A stretch of DNA of 64,000 bases from Bilabrum cf. latius. Lineage: Eukaryota. Positions 24,282 through 37,400 of this stretch are shown in pieces. Within the stretch, counting starts at the first letter, position 1. Each line of letters starts with the position of its first letter. The notes below the pieces were generated by a model that saw only the letters and a list, made by a program, of their open reading frames with translations, was not told the origin of the DNA and did not search any database. The stretch lies in assembly GCA_965178125.1 (NCBI GenBank), contig OZ237754.1:372001-436000 (forward strand). Reading direction: 5' to 3'. Made by a program: the position numbers and the translations under genes.

Positions 24282-27200
24282 TCATGCATCAGACCCGAAC
24301 ATCTTCCTCATTTCGATGGCTGCTGGATCTGGCATTTCTGGACACTTGGAGCTGAATTCTTCCCATGTCTTAAACTCTGCCACGATCGGCAGGAGCAGCG
24401 CCAAACCCTGCCGGAGCACATGCTGTGATTTTGGCGTCACTCCCTCAGCTGACCAGTCCTCCACGGCGAGACTGGTCAGTCTGGTCACCAGGACGCGGTA
24501 GCTGACCTCCGTCAACGTTTTTGGCAGGGTGATCATTAGGCGCACTAGTCCCTGTGACGTCGTAACAGACAGCGCCACTAGAGCATCTTGTAGCTGAGGT
24601 TCTTGCAGCCGCTCCATCAGGTCCTCCCCCGTCTCCTCGGACGCTGCATAAGCGCACAGGGCCTGGAATGCCTGAAGCACACCGGGGTATAGGCCACTGG
24701 TACCATCCCTCTGTGCAGCCTTCATTGCTTCATCCTGGGGACGCTGGGTGTCGGTTGCAGGTGGTCCCATGATCCGTTGCAGGACCTCCTGGATGGCGGC
24801 GTTGCCGCGGGCATGCTGCTCAATCAAGGCAGCCATATGATCAGGTCCATGGCTGGTCGCTTTTTTCGCTCGTTGGCCCTTCATTTTCCCTTTTTTCTTG
24901 ATGACCTCCTTAGGCACTGACATGGATCCTGTGAGCACCTCAGCCTCTCCATCACCCGCCCTGTGCACAGAAGCTTGGATCGACTGTATCCACTCCTTGG
25001 TCCATGGCATGTCAGCTCCCTGGAGCTTCAGCGAACTGCGTACATTCTGGGCTAGAGCCTTCTTCTTGTCGGACATGCTCTTTTCGCCCTTCAAGAAATC
25101 GACCAGCGTGCCCAATGCACCAACCACAGCTTCGTGCTGCCCAGGCAAGTCCGAAGCGGCAGAATGTAGAGCCCTTGCAACGTGGAAAACTAGCGACCCA
25201 TTCCCAGTGACGGACGACGACAACACCTTCTGCTTGAGCTGAGAGGTTACCGATCGCGCCTGTTCCAGTGCCTTCCGGAACCATTGGCCAAACCTGCCCC
25301 ACAAAACTCGGCGATCCTCCGATTTCTTTGTTGTTGCTGAGGTTGCCACTTTGGAGGATGTCCCTTCGCCCTTACTCGCGGCCTTGACCATCGCTTGAAC
25401 AGCAGACGGGACTATACTTGTGAACTGCAGCATGCCTGTCCGCTTGCCAACGGAGCCGTAAGAGAATTGGGCCTCGTCCGTTAGCAGCCATGCTGCAATC
25501 TGCAGGAATACATTCGCTTCCTGTGCCTTCCAGGTGTGCTTCGGACCCAGTTTGAAAGACGCCTTGGCTTTCTGCATGACAGCATTCGCCTGCAATAGCT
25601 CGCGAATCACACCACCTGACAATTCCAGGATGCACATGTTCTCGACCGCCTTATTCCCGGCACCACGAGCAACGGGCTGTTCACCCTTGCGCGACTTGAT
25701 GAACTCTTCCCAAACAGCATGCAGGTTGTTCAAGTTGAACTCCGCACCCATGTACTCCAAGAGCTGAGCTGCACCTTTCTCTGCACGTTGCAGGGAACTG
25801 TTAGTATGCTAAGAATGTAGAAATACGCCAAGGGAGCCAGCAGAAGCGTCGACGTTCTCATCGCTATCTGAAGAAGGATCGCTAGCTCCAGCACCACTAG
25901 CTGCTGACTTCAGCGGTGTGCTTACCCTCTCACCGTAGTCGTCATCATCCTCGTCCTCGCTGCTTGCCGGCCGGGCGCCCTTCTTCTTGCCCCTCGACGA
26001 CCTCCCCCCACCATCCGGGGTGCGGGTGCTGCGCAGGGGCTGGCCGCTTGCAGCGGCCTTCGTTGATGCCGCGCCTCCACTGCCCAAGCTCTCACGGTCG
26101 AAGCCGAACCCATCGTCATCATCCTCGTCCTCGCTGCTTGCCGGCCGGGCGCCCTTCTTCGTGCCCCTCGACAACCTCCCCCCACCATCCGGGGTGCGGG
26201 TGCTGCGCAGGGGCTGGCCGCTTGCAGCGGCCTTCGTTGATGCCGCGCCTCCACTGCCCAAGCTCTCACGGTCGAAGCCGAACCCATCGTCATCATCCTC
26301 GTCCTCGCTGCTTGCCGGCCGGGCGCCCTTCTTCTTGCCCCTCGACGACCTCCCCCCACCATCCGGGGTGCGGGTGCTGCGCAGGGGCTGGCCGCTTGCA
26401 GCGGCCTTCGTTGATGCCGCGCCTCCACTGCCCAAGCTCTCACGGTCGAAGCCGAACCCATCGTCATCATCCTCGTCCTCGCTGCTTGCCGGCCGGGCGC
26501 CCTTCTTCTTGCCCCTCGACGACCTCCCCCCACCATCCGGGGTGCGGGTGCTGCGCAGGGGCTGGCCGCTTGCAGCGGCCTTCGTTGATGCCGCGCCTCC
26601 ACTGCCCAAGCTCTCACGGTCGAAGCCGAACCCATCGTCATCATCCTCGTCCTCGCTGCTTGCCGGCCGGGCGCCCTTCTTCTTGCCCCTCGACGACCTC
26701 CCCCCACCATCCGGGGTGCGGGTGCTGCGCAGGGGCTGGCCGCTTGCAGCGGCCTTCGTTGATGCCGCGCCTCCACTGCCCAAGCTCTCACGGTCGAAGC
26801 CGAACCCATCGTCATCATCCTCGTCCTCGCTGCTTGCCGGCCGGGCGCCCTTCTTCTTGCCCCTCGACGACCTCCCCCCACCATCCGGGGTGCGGGTGCT
26901 GCGCAGGGGCTGGCCGCTTGCAGCGACCTTCGTTGATGCCGCGCCTCCACTGCCCAAGCTCTCACGGTCGAAGCCGAACCCATCGTCATCATCCTCGTCC
27001 TCGCTGCTTGCCGGCCGGGCGCCCTTCTTCTTGCCCCTCGACGACCTCCCCCCACCATCCGGGGTGCGGGTGCTGCGCGGGGTTTTGGTTGAGTTTCCCT
27101 CAGACCCCGCCCGACCAGAACGTTCTCCCTAAGGTAAAAGAAGCTGTTGGTTGCTCTTGGGTGTAGAAATTGAAGTTGGATGGCTTGGAACACGACCAGC

Positions 27201-27656
27201 CGCTTTTTGCACGGCGCCCGCAACTCCCTTGGATGCAGCCCGTTTCGGCCGCACTTTCTATTCGGACGAGGAGGTTGCGTCATCAATTCGCACGTTGTTT
27301 GACTCCTGTGTGCGTCTAGCCTTCCGTTTCGGACTCCGACTCGAGATAGAGCCGTGTGAACTGCTGTCTGGCCCGGCGCCTTGGGATGATGTCTGTCTGT
27401 CAGGTGTACGCGCTGATCTAGGACGAACAAAACCCTGCGAGGATTATTAGCGATCATGCGTATTGTTCCAGGCATTGGGAGTAGGTTGGCTCGTCAATCA
27501 ACGTTTGAGGTGCAAAAAACAATTAATGTTGTGCGTATCGAGTCAAAGCGTTCAGGCACTGCAAAATATCATCGAACTATACCAAAGTTACTCTTAAAAC
27601 TAAATGTAAGCATCAAAGATAATGCTCACGGCTTTGGTACTACCTTTACGGGGCAT
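24282..27656 (-). CDS. Harbinger ORF2 (accessory, putatively DNA-binding) with an internal 58-aa tandem repeat
   Basis: One frame is open from ~27434 to TGA 24282 apart from TAGs (25809, ~27129, ~27258). There is a CTAAT...CGCAG acceptor at ~27435 and a putative exon 1 MPRKGSTKA (27630-27656) followed by a GTGAG donor. It sits convergent with the transposase inside the TIRs. The 5' structure is tentative. Confidence 0.7.
25939..27078. repeat. Near-perfect coding tandem array, 174-bp unit x ~6.5
   Basis: The period is 174 bp (e.g. TTCTTC at 25981 and 26155), with only about 3 substitutions seen. The unit encodes LGSGGAASTKAAASGQPLRSTRTPDGGGRSSRGKKKGARPASSEDEDDDDGFGFDRES. Confidence 0.95.
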
Positions 27657-28427
27657 GGAACCCCGCTAGGCTCAGTTCAAGTTAATTCGTCAGAAATTTG
27701 TCTCGAATCGAATCCCCACTCAACTAATCCCAGAACTAATCCCGATTTTCGGTTTCGAGACACGGCTTGAGACGGCAGTGAGGGCTCTGCCGGGGAGGGA
27801 TACAGCGGCAGAGTGCAGGCAGGTGGAGGACAACAGCGATGGAAGGATACGGCATAGCGGGAGTTCAAAAATCAAGAGAAAATCGACCCACATTCCTAGT
27901 TTATTCGCTGGAAGTACGAAGCAACTGCATTATAAAGTGGTCCGCTTTCATTAATCGAAAAAAGGAAATAATGAAAACAACAGTTTGAAAGTCTTCTTTT
28001 TACAACAAATGGGAGCAAAATGGCAGCGTGGTGCCATACGGAATGGCAACAGAGTGAAGATGGTACAACAGAAATGCATCATAGAGGCAGGAATCTGAAT
28101 AAATTCACGCCGTGGCGGCCTCAATAGATTGGAAAGTATGTATACTTGCGGCTAGTGTGACCTGCTCTGGAATCAACATCAGATCTGGTCTGCGTTCATG
28201 TCCATGGATGCTCCGGCTTCAGGTGAGGTAATTGCTGGAGATCTGCCCAAGATCCTGAATGTTGCTGACTGCTTGCTGTCAACAATAACAACAGCACGAT
28301 CCGGCTTTAACTGTTTCGTTCAGTCCATTTGTTGATAGGAGAGGATTGTAGAAGCCGTGAGTATCTCGTGTGGCAACTGCAGCATTATTTCGACTGACAA
28401 AGACTCAGTAAATCCGGGTCAAGTGAA

Positions 28428-31400
28428 TTACGACAGAATAGACACTACATCAGTACGCCCTTCCGCCACAGCTAGCTACAGAGCCGTGCAGCCCTCGTAT
28501 GTCTCGATATCCTTGCTTGCTCCGACACTCAGAAGGGACTGCACGGCCGCTTCCTGACCCTCTTCAGCAGCCCTGTGAAGAGCAGTGCACCCGTGCTCAT
28601 CGATGCGGTCAGGGTCGGCTCCACCGACACGGGCAAGGTGCTCAATGACAGCACCATGACCTGCGACAGCTGCAACCATCAATGGAGTCATACCATTACG
28701 TGGATCTGCAGCGACAGCGCTAGCAGAGCCATTCTGTAGAATCCGTTGAACTTTGACCACGTCACCTTCTTCACAAGCCGACACCAGCGACTGCTGATCC
28801 TCTAAAGTGGCATGCAATCGCGGGGTACCGGAGCTGTCGGATTGCATGGGACCAGCCCATTCGGGTGCTTGCTCGGCAACCCGCGCACGCCCTACAGCAC
28901 GACTGTGGGGAGAAGGGCCAGTCACGGCCTTGCTCCCACCATTGCTGGACTCGGTAGTGCTAGATCGACTTCGCCGATCCCTTCGCTCCGCTGCCGTTGA
29001 TAGTATTGGCTTGCCATTTGCCGCCAAAAACACTAAATGTGACTAGTCTAGTAAACCGGCGGATGCATCAGATGCCATCATCAGTCGGTCCCGGCGCTGT
29101 TCGCGGCGGCTGCTATCGCTTGGGTCAGCGCCACTACCTTGTCGAGCAAGCTTTGGCGCCGGCTACGTGGCCGATGAGCCCTCTGCACCAGCTGCGGCTG
29201 CTTCATTGACCAAGTCGTCGTCGCTGTCTTCCTCAGAGTGGCCAGGCGGCAACGCCCGCATATCGCCTACCACCGTCCCTCCGTACCCAGACAGGTTCAG
29301 CTGAGCAGACCCGGTGGTGGGAAACAGATTTCCCTGCCTCTGAACGACGACGCTTGATAGTGCTTGTCCGCTGGATGCATACTTATTGGAGTCTTCTCGG
29401 GCTGATACGGGCACTGTAACCACGTTTCCTCCAGTCTGCGATCTCGGTCTGCGGGGATCTTCGGAGGACTTCATTGCATCACTCCTGGCCTCGATGGGTG
29501 GACGCTTACTGCTCGTGTCGACGAACAGCGATCCAGATGAACTAAATCGGTCAGACCTCGGGCCATCCAACAGTGATGGGGGTCTCTCTGCGCTGTGGAT
29601 CATCCTCCGTCGCCACTCTGCGAGTACCACACGCAACCTTTTGCGTCTCCATCGACGCAACAACCGACTCCGTCCGAGCTACGAATGAAATCTAGCAAGT
29701 GCCTGTGACTCGAGGAACCCCTCCCACCATTGCAGCTCCCCTGCAGATAAGGTTGCTTTCGTTCTATCAATGCACTCATCAAGTGACGATAGCACTCCTC
29801 TTTGCACTTGATTGAGCATGTCTTTTGTCGCCTGTACCTCCGGATTCTCGACCATTGTCACGGGTCGTTCCTCGTCCGATGGAAGCCCGTCTGATTGGTT
29901 GGACCGATCCGGTTCAGCAGGAACAGGAGGCAGGCTCAGCCTGTGCTCGACTTGTTCCAGCAGCTCTTCGTGTCGAGGCAGCAGTGTTCTTGCGAGAAGG
30001 TGCTAAGATATGTGGCACCTGAAAATCTCTGCGATTGCTCTGACATCGAGTCGCTACGCCTTGTCAGTGGTGAAAATGGGCTGATAGAACGACTCACCGG
30101 TCTCAAAATTCTAAATTACTCCACCTGTGCGGCACAAGGACTTCATGTGCTTCTACAGCTTGTAGCAAAGCGCTGAACTGTCTGGCAGTAGCATTTCTAG
30201 GTAGGCGGGCCCGGTGATGGACTCCCCTTGAATCACCTGTTCTTTCACTGGCACGTCAATCGTGGCACGATCCAACCTAACAATGAGCGTGTCGGACTCC
30301 TGCACGAAGCCATGTGGCAAGTCCTAGACGCCTGCCAAAATGGGCATTGGAGACTCCACGATGTCGAGAAGAGACGGTGACACTATGGGAATCATCTTGT
30401 GGGCCCAATGTAGCGGTCTGAGCAACGCCTCAAGCCCTAGCACCGTCGCAGCAGCAGCGCTACCGGGAAGCTGCCCTGCAACGACCAAGACCTTGTGCTC
30501 CGACAACAGAGCACCAACTGTCATGCACAAGACATCAGTATCAAGGAGAGACACTGGTATCGGCAGGCACCAGTCCACTACTGCCCCCCATGCCTCCTCA
30601 CTGTGAAGGGAAGAGCCGCCGTCGAAATGTATCATTGAATGGGCATGAATGATCCGCAGCACTTTTTCCGCTGATAAAAACATCGAGGGTTCGCTTCCAA
30701 CAGACTGATCGGCTCCTGCTTGCGCTGCATTTAGCCCGACATCATGATCGGTGCGAGCACTCCGGCCAACCTATGCCGCAGATTCTTCCGTATCCGCAAT
30801 GCCTGCAGCTGCTCGCACGCCGGACGCGATAGAAACGTTGCCAGTGAGAGTAAGCTCGTCATCTTTCTATTGGGCGCCGGCGTATGCCTGAGCATGACGA
30901 AGCCGCCCCCGGCTTGCACGAGCTAAGCTGTCCTCGGCTGCTCGTATGGATCGCTCTTCCACGCTGCTTGCCTCACCATGCTTAGCAGAGCTATTACTTT
31001 GCGAGCTGGTGCTCGAGTCTGCGTCATCTGTAGCGGTCCTAGATGCCTCTGAGAATGGTTCCAGTTTCACGCTTTCCTTTGGCAGTTTCGTTGCCATGGA
31101 CAGTCGATCAAAACTGGTCTGCGTGAGGACCTAGCGGTGCATGCCAAGCACCTCGGGTGGCTCCAGGGCAGCTTTTAGCGGGCCACTGCCCAGGAGGTCA
31201 CCCGAGGGGCTGAAGAGAGCCGCCTCAATAGGTAGCCCGATTGGCAGACTCATAGGTTGTGCTGGAGTAGTCGAGATATCGAGCAGGCCAGGATGCTTCT
31301 TGCTGAGCTATATCCACAGATCGCCGCCGCTGGAACCAACCAGCCTGCTTCCTGCGCTGCCACTTCCTATCGAATCCGCATCGGCCAGCGCAAGCCAGCC

Positions 31401-33965
31401 CGGAAGCGGCAAACATGAACCTACCGGTGAGTCCACTGCCGAGTACAGCTCGGCAAGTCTACGGAGCGGAGAATTGCTAGCGTCGCCGGGGTCTCCCCGT
31501 GTCGAGGAAGTGTTGCTAGCCGCGCGATGCAGGGGATTCTGTGTTACATTATTGTCGGCGTCCATGCTAACCCCGCTAGGTGCTGTTGAGGCCAGAGCTG
31601 CAGCAACTGATGATGACACTAAGCTGGGGTGCCACCGGATGAAGTCAGCAGCTGGGTCAACCTTTTGAATCATGTTCAGCAGGGAGGCAACTGAACGCTA
31701 CCCACCTTTACGACGTGAGCCTGATATCGACCGCTTTGCTCTCTCAAGTGCATTTTGAGTCCAAGCCCGCGGGGATACAGCTTGTCCAAATCTGGGAACG
31801 GGTCTGTCCATCACCTCTTGAACGATAGTCGCAGCAGCCACAGCAGCCCTTGCTAGAACACCGCCTGCCCCCTAGAATACAATCAAGCCATCTGTTTGAT
31901 ACGAAGCACCCGGAACGAGATCACGTCCATCTTTTGCGGCTTGTGTTGCTGGGCTTGGCCGTTCGTCAGAGTGGCTAGCTGGCAGCTCGCCCACGACACC
32001 GATGACACCTTCTAATTCCCCGTCTTGCAAGGAGTCTCTGCCGTCCACAGACTTTGATTCGCCCTCGCCCTATCCGGCACCGCTTGGAGATGCAATGCTG
32101 CTACCACCTGATCCCTGGCGGCGACGCGCTTTCTTCGTTCTGGGCATTGACTCAGGCACGAAGCCAGGCAGCGTGCAAATTGTTTCGAGTGACTCCGCTA
32201 TGGACCTGGCAACCTGAAGCAACAGCGGAAAGAACGGGTACCTGGAGGCCACTATGACAATCCGTGGTACTGCAAACATAAAGCCAGATGGAATGGCTGG
32301 ACACTGCGCAAGCCTTGGATCGTCGCAAGGATCGTCCAGCGGATCGGCTTGCGTGGACCTAGCCGCGGCCGACGTGCTGCTGCGGGCTGCTCCCCGCACA
32401 TGCGGGCCTGACAGCCGCCTTCCAACTGAGTCATGGTGCGCAGGCGAGTCTTCACTCCCAGCTGCGTGTGCGGAGCCAATACCAGCTAAGGATGGCGCTA
32501 CAGAGATAGTTGAGGACCTGTAGTCATCGGACCGGACGATTTGCGTCGTGCGAACAGCGACACAGTACCTCTCAGTTGATGGTGACGGTTGCTGCCAGGT
32601 TCCATACACAGCATCAGCCTGCACGCTGCCACGGGAATCGCCAATCGGACTTTCCGAGTCCGGCGCGCCTGGTGTCCACGAGGGAACTAGATTCCCAAGG
32701 GCAGCGCCGTGAGCATGCTTCCACAGCTCTGCTTCTGCCTCAAAGTCGCCATCAGACGAAGGGATCACGGTGGTCAGCGTGCTCTCACCTCGGTATGCAT
32801 CCGATCCGAGCTTCAGGTACCTCTGGAAATCTTTCCGGGCATCATGCGGGGACGGCTTCCCGAAGATCTGCAGTCCATGGATGTTCATCCCAGGGGGGAA
32901 CATGATCTCAGTCAGGATATCTGTGCTGCAGAGGGGCGAACCAGGGATCACAGCCAGCGTCCTTGCCGGAGGACATGGCACTGCGATTCCATCAGCTCCG
33001 TGAACGCCGCCTGCCGCCGCTGGGTGTTGCTGGCCGGAAACAGAGCCGATTGTCCGTGCGAGCTCTCTTCTCAGTCTCAGAACGCAGTCAGCCGCTGCTG
33101 GACCAGATATAACAGCTGCATCCAGCAGTGGCACTGTCTGGCGGACGGCTGGAACGCTAGGAGGCCGGCCCAGAGGCATGTGGCGAAGCAGCGCGAGGCG
33201 AGACTCGCTGCTGCGCTCCCTCTCCATCGCCTGCGCACGGAGAGCGTCCAGTGCTGCTTCACGCCTTCTCTATTTTAATTTTTGCGTTGGAACCTGGGTC
33301 TTCGCTTCCAGCTAGGCTTCAGAGCCCTCTGCGCTGGTGGCGAGAGGCTCTGGTTCTGGTACGGGTGTGCTTTCGGCAGGTTTTTCCTCCATTGCGGTAA
33401 AGCCCACGCCACCAAGAGCATCTTCAAAGTCAGAGTCGTCTGAATCTAATTCCTGTGTGCGCGCAATCTTCGCGGCTGGGCCAGTGGTCGGTGCAGACAA
33501 GGAGGCGACGCTCGCAGAAGCTTCAACACTAGTTCCCGCGGTACTGGCACCTTTTGGGCGAATCACAATCGGTGAGTTAACCTGAGTTGCTGCACGTAAC
33601 AACGACTTGCCTGAACGGTGTCTAGCTTGTGGTTCTCCGGGCTTTTTGTGAACAGCCAAAGAATCGTCATCGGAATCGATTTCTGCGCCTGGAGCCATTT
33701 CTGTGCTATCTTCAGAGTCAGACTCCTCGCTAACAACCTCTCCAGCGGCTTGCCTGTACTTACGCAGCTGTCTCTACAGGTGCTAGCACCGCCGTCGCTC
33801 GGTAAAGTACCTCTACTTCCATTTCTCCTGTGAAATTTGCGCAGCAACATGTACACTCGTAACGTGCGGAATCTGTAACGTAGCACGATTGATCAACTGG
33901 ACGTGCATACTTACAACTTGTCTCGATGCATCACTTTCAGCCTCTGGGCCCGACGGTTGGCTCAT
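28428..33965 (-). CDS. DENN-domain protein (putative Rab GEF) with C-terminal ankyrin repeats, ~1850 aa
   Basis: uDENN-like RYCVAVRT...PRIVIVASRYPFF; cDENN ALLSEHKVLVVA...LEALLRPLHWAHKMIPIVSPSLLDIVESPMPILAGV; dDENN-like FLESQ; ankyrins GMTPLMVAA, GCTALHRAA and GCTAL*LAV. One frame broken only by TAG, ending at TAA 28428. Start ATG 33965 is inferred. Confidence 0.82.
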
Positions 33966-34412
33966 GAGGCCAAGGATCTTTGTGGACCTGCGTGCGGTTC
34001 GAAGGTTCGGGCACCAGCACGGAACGTTCTTTCTGCTCCAGAAAGCGAATTCAGATTTTTCCTAGTCTAGCTCCAAGGTAGGTCTCAAAGAAGGTTGTAT
34101 TTATCTATTGTGAGTTCGCAGTAAGGCTACTACTTGTCAAATTGTATCGAAGCCATGCTGGCTCGCCGATTTGGTCACTAGCCAAGCATGTCTGCCAATA
34201 CACGACTGTAATGCAATGTGGAACATCGGATCCACTGAAGATGGGCTAGTTTTATTGACTCCTAAATGTTTATTGGTACTTAACCACCCTTCTCGATGCT
34301 CATACCTACCATATAATCGCAGCAGGCAAGTCTTGAAGGCGCAGAAACTTCGATCTTGTCGCTGCTAGATTTGATCATACTTGCGTTGCTGCACTAAGCA
34401 TAGAGATCGAGT

Positions 34413-37400
34413 ATGAAATCATCGAAAGATGTGGTAGGTGATGCTGGCATAGATCCAGAACACTGGTTGGTCCGCAGACCCGCTGGAATGGGCCGCGCAG
34501 TGCTGAGATTTGATGCTGTCGGTATTGTAACATTTGCAGAATGTTAGAAAAAGACAGGTACTGGCACAGGAGAGTAGCATTCTCCCACTCAATCTAATCA
34601 TGTACTGCTGTGGGTCGTAAGAGAAGATGCACGCCCGGGGGAGACCGTCATCGGGAGAGAGATGCAAGCACTAAAGAGCATGCCGAGACACAAGAATGTC
34701 GGGATGATCATATGGTGCAGCATAGGCATACCTCCACCATGGCTTAGTAAAGTTGGCGATGCAGTCCATTCGAAATCAGCAGCAGGTGCGGGAGAACCGA
34801 CTGGAGTGGGTGAAACTAAGGCCGGGCAAGACAGCCAGGGACCAGGGGAATCGACGAGTCCAGCCAGCAGTGCCGGTGCTAGTGCCAGTAAGAGTGACCA
34901 AGCACCGTTCGGGTGCAGACACCGAGCATGCATGCTGGCAATGGTGCTCCCTCCAGGCCGACACGTGCGAGAGCTGTGCAAGCCGGCCCGAGGCCTCTCA
35001 CCGCTGGAGCTCTTGCTTGGGGGTGTGGGTATCGCTGAGGGCATGCTCCACCTGAAGCAGCACGGGTATCCCAGCCTGGACCTGACTCTCGATTAGATCA
35101 TGTGGTGGCGTCCTGATGCGAAAAGGACGGGGTGGATCCCTGTCATTGTTCCATTCTAGCCGTGTGGGCCTGGTGCTAGCTCAGCGGGCGACGCGGGTGA
35201 AGGTGATGCCGAGGGTAAGTTAGACGCACCGAAACCATCACATGTTCAGTGCCTGTGCAGGGTGTTACGCGACCTCGCATCCGTACGAGGGGTGAAGGTT
35301 GACAAGCAGATGATTGATGCCGATGGTGGCCAGACACCGTTATATCCGACTGGCAATGGGAGCTCTGCGAGCTCGGGGGCTGGAGCTGGCGGTGGCAGTA
35401 GCTCTAGCCAGGATGCAGCAGCTACTAGTGCCGTTCCTGATAGTTGCAGCCGGGCAACCGGGCCTGCATTGGGGCAACCACCGGGCTGGCATGCCTTGCT
35501 CAGTAGGCTAGAGGAAGGTGCTGATCTCCAAGCTTCAATGGACATTTCAGTAGCACTGCGCGAGCTTCGGATGTTCCTCATCGATTCAATGATCCCACTG
35601 CTCATCAAAAGTTTAACTCGTGCGCGATCCTCCGCGGAGATCGCTGATATTGATGATGTGATTCGGGCGATCCAGCCCGATGTCGCCTGCCTCATGCGCG
35701 CTCTGTGGCACGTGTGGGTTCACGGCAATGGCATCCGAAGCACTGATGATATGCAGGAATGGGTTCGCGATATCTTTACTGGGCTTCTTGCTCGGGTCGT
35801 GCTCAGGTTGCAGACAGATTGTGCTGCAGTAGATTGTCTGTCGCAGGTTTTGTAGCAATAGAGCGGGTCGCATGTCGCTGCGGCGTGCATCTTGCTGGTT
35901 GCACCGAGATACCCGCCCTTGAAGTAGGCGCTCGTGGCTGCTGATGCTTCGTCAAGACTTGCGGAGCTGGCTCGAAGTGAAGCTTTGGATGACGTGGCGA
36001 TAGGGCTCAACGCGCTGTTGCAAGTTACCACCGGCGATTCTAGCTGCAAAGAGAGGGTCCTGCTCTCTGGTGTTCTGCCGGATCTTAAGAAACTGATGAA
36101 TCATCCCAATAGCAACATTGCTTACGTAGCTATCGGATGCGTGCAAAACCTTGCAGTAGGCGAGGAAGGAGTAGTCCTCCAGATGGTTCAAGAGGGCATC
36201 TTGGCTGCGCTGTTGCGCGTGATCCGAACACGGCAGGAGCCACTGATAGCCTCTGCAGCCAGAGCTATCCGAAACATTGCGGGGGGATCACAGGCTTGTT
36301 AGCAGGCTATCATGGATCTACAAGGGCTGCCTGACCTGGTGCAACTCCTAGATACACGGGAGAGACAAGCAGCAGACAAGCGAGATGAAACAACGGCTGC
36401 AATCGCAGCTGGAGCTCTGTGGAGTCTTTCATCTGGATCTGTTCAAATTCAAGAAGCTGTCTGCTCGTCGGGGGCAATTGATGGCTTAGTACAGCTGCTG
36501 AAGCGTGGCTCTGAAAGCGAAAAGTTGGAAGCTGCGGGGGCATTGCGCAACATGGCCTCGGGCACGGACGCGATGACCAGGCAGGTTGCAGAGGCCGGGG
36601 TTGTCCCTCTCTTGGTGCAAATGTTAGATTCACAATCAAATGATCATCTCATGATCGCAGCAAGCTCGTTGCGGAACATTGCCGGTGGACCTGTCGACCT
36701 GATTAAGCTGGTCGTGCGCTCGGGCGCGGTTCCAAAGCTACTCTAGCTGTTGGGAGGTGACAACACGGCCGTTGTCATTCAGGCTTTGAACGCCCTCTGG
36801 TGCATTTCTAGCGGACCACGCTCGTGTGCAAAGGCCTTGATTAAAGCAGGGGGTGCGCATCTTCTGGAGCGGCATCAGAACTCCGCAGATGCTGAGCTGT
36901 CTGCCGTGGCGAAGGGCGTTGATTTGAACTTAAAGGTATCTGGTGCCATGGGCAAGCTTGCAGAATCCCCTGCTTTCGAGCAGCTGCGCGAGTGGATGCG
37001 CAACGGGACTAGCAAGGAGGCGGAGTTGGGAGTGAGCACACTGCAGTCTTTGTCTCGCATTTCGGACAAGTGGAGAGATCGCATTGCGTTGTCTGGTGCT
37101 GTGACAGATGTTGTAAACCTTCTCAGCTCTGAAGTCGACAGGGGGGTTGAGTACGCTGCCCGGTGTCTCATTGAGCTTGCCAACGGTACAAGTACTGTGC
37201 TCAGTGTGATTCAGGAGTCTGGGGCGCTGTTGCGGCTGCGTCGACTGGAAGCTGCAGGCTCGCAGGTGGCAGACGCGGTCCAGGAAGCCATTGCAAGCCT
37301 GTCAAACAAGCTTGCCCAAAGCGAAGAGAACAGCAGCGATGACAGTGAAAGCGAAGGAGACGGGGTCCGTAGCGAAGAAGAGTCTCGGGGAACACAGATG

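Larger units (their letters stand above)
21857..27767. mobile_element. Autonomous-looking PIF/Harbinger DNA transposon (~5.9 kb)
   Basis: TGA 3-bp TSD at 21854-21856 and 27768-27770. Imperfect 31-bp TIRs (23/31, core TGTCTCGAAAC). Two convergent genes (DDE transposase and ORF2) whose ATGs each lie ~110 bp inside the ends. Confidence 0.88.

Noticed and set aside
25939-27078. CRISPR array, or real overlapping genes in the several open frames
   Set aside because: There are no unique spacers. It is a pure 174-bp tandem, and the other open frames follow from a stop-free GC-rich unit whose length is divisible by 3.
19000-28160. A larger outer element or Helitron bounded by CTAGTGT at ~19003 and ~28152
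   Set aside because: Only a 7-bp match and a 5-bp inverted repeat, with no convincing hairpin or TIR. Compatible with chance.
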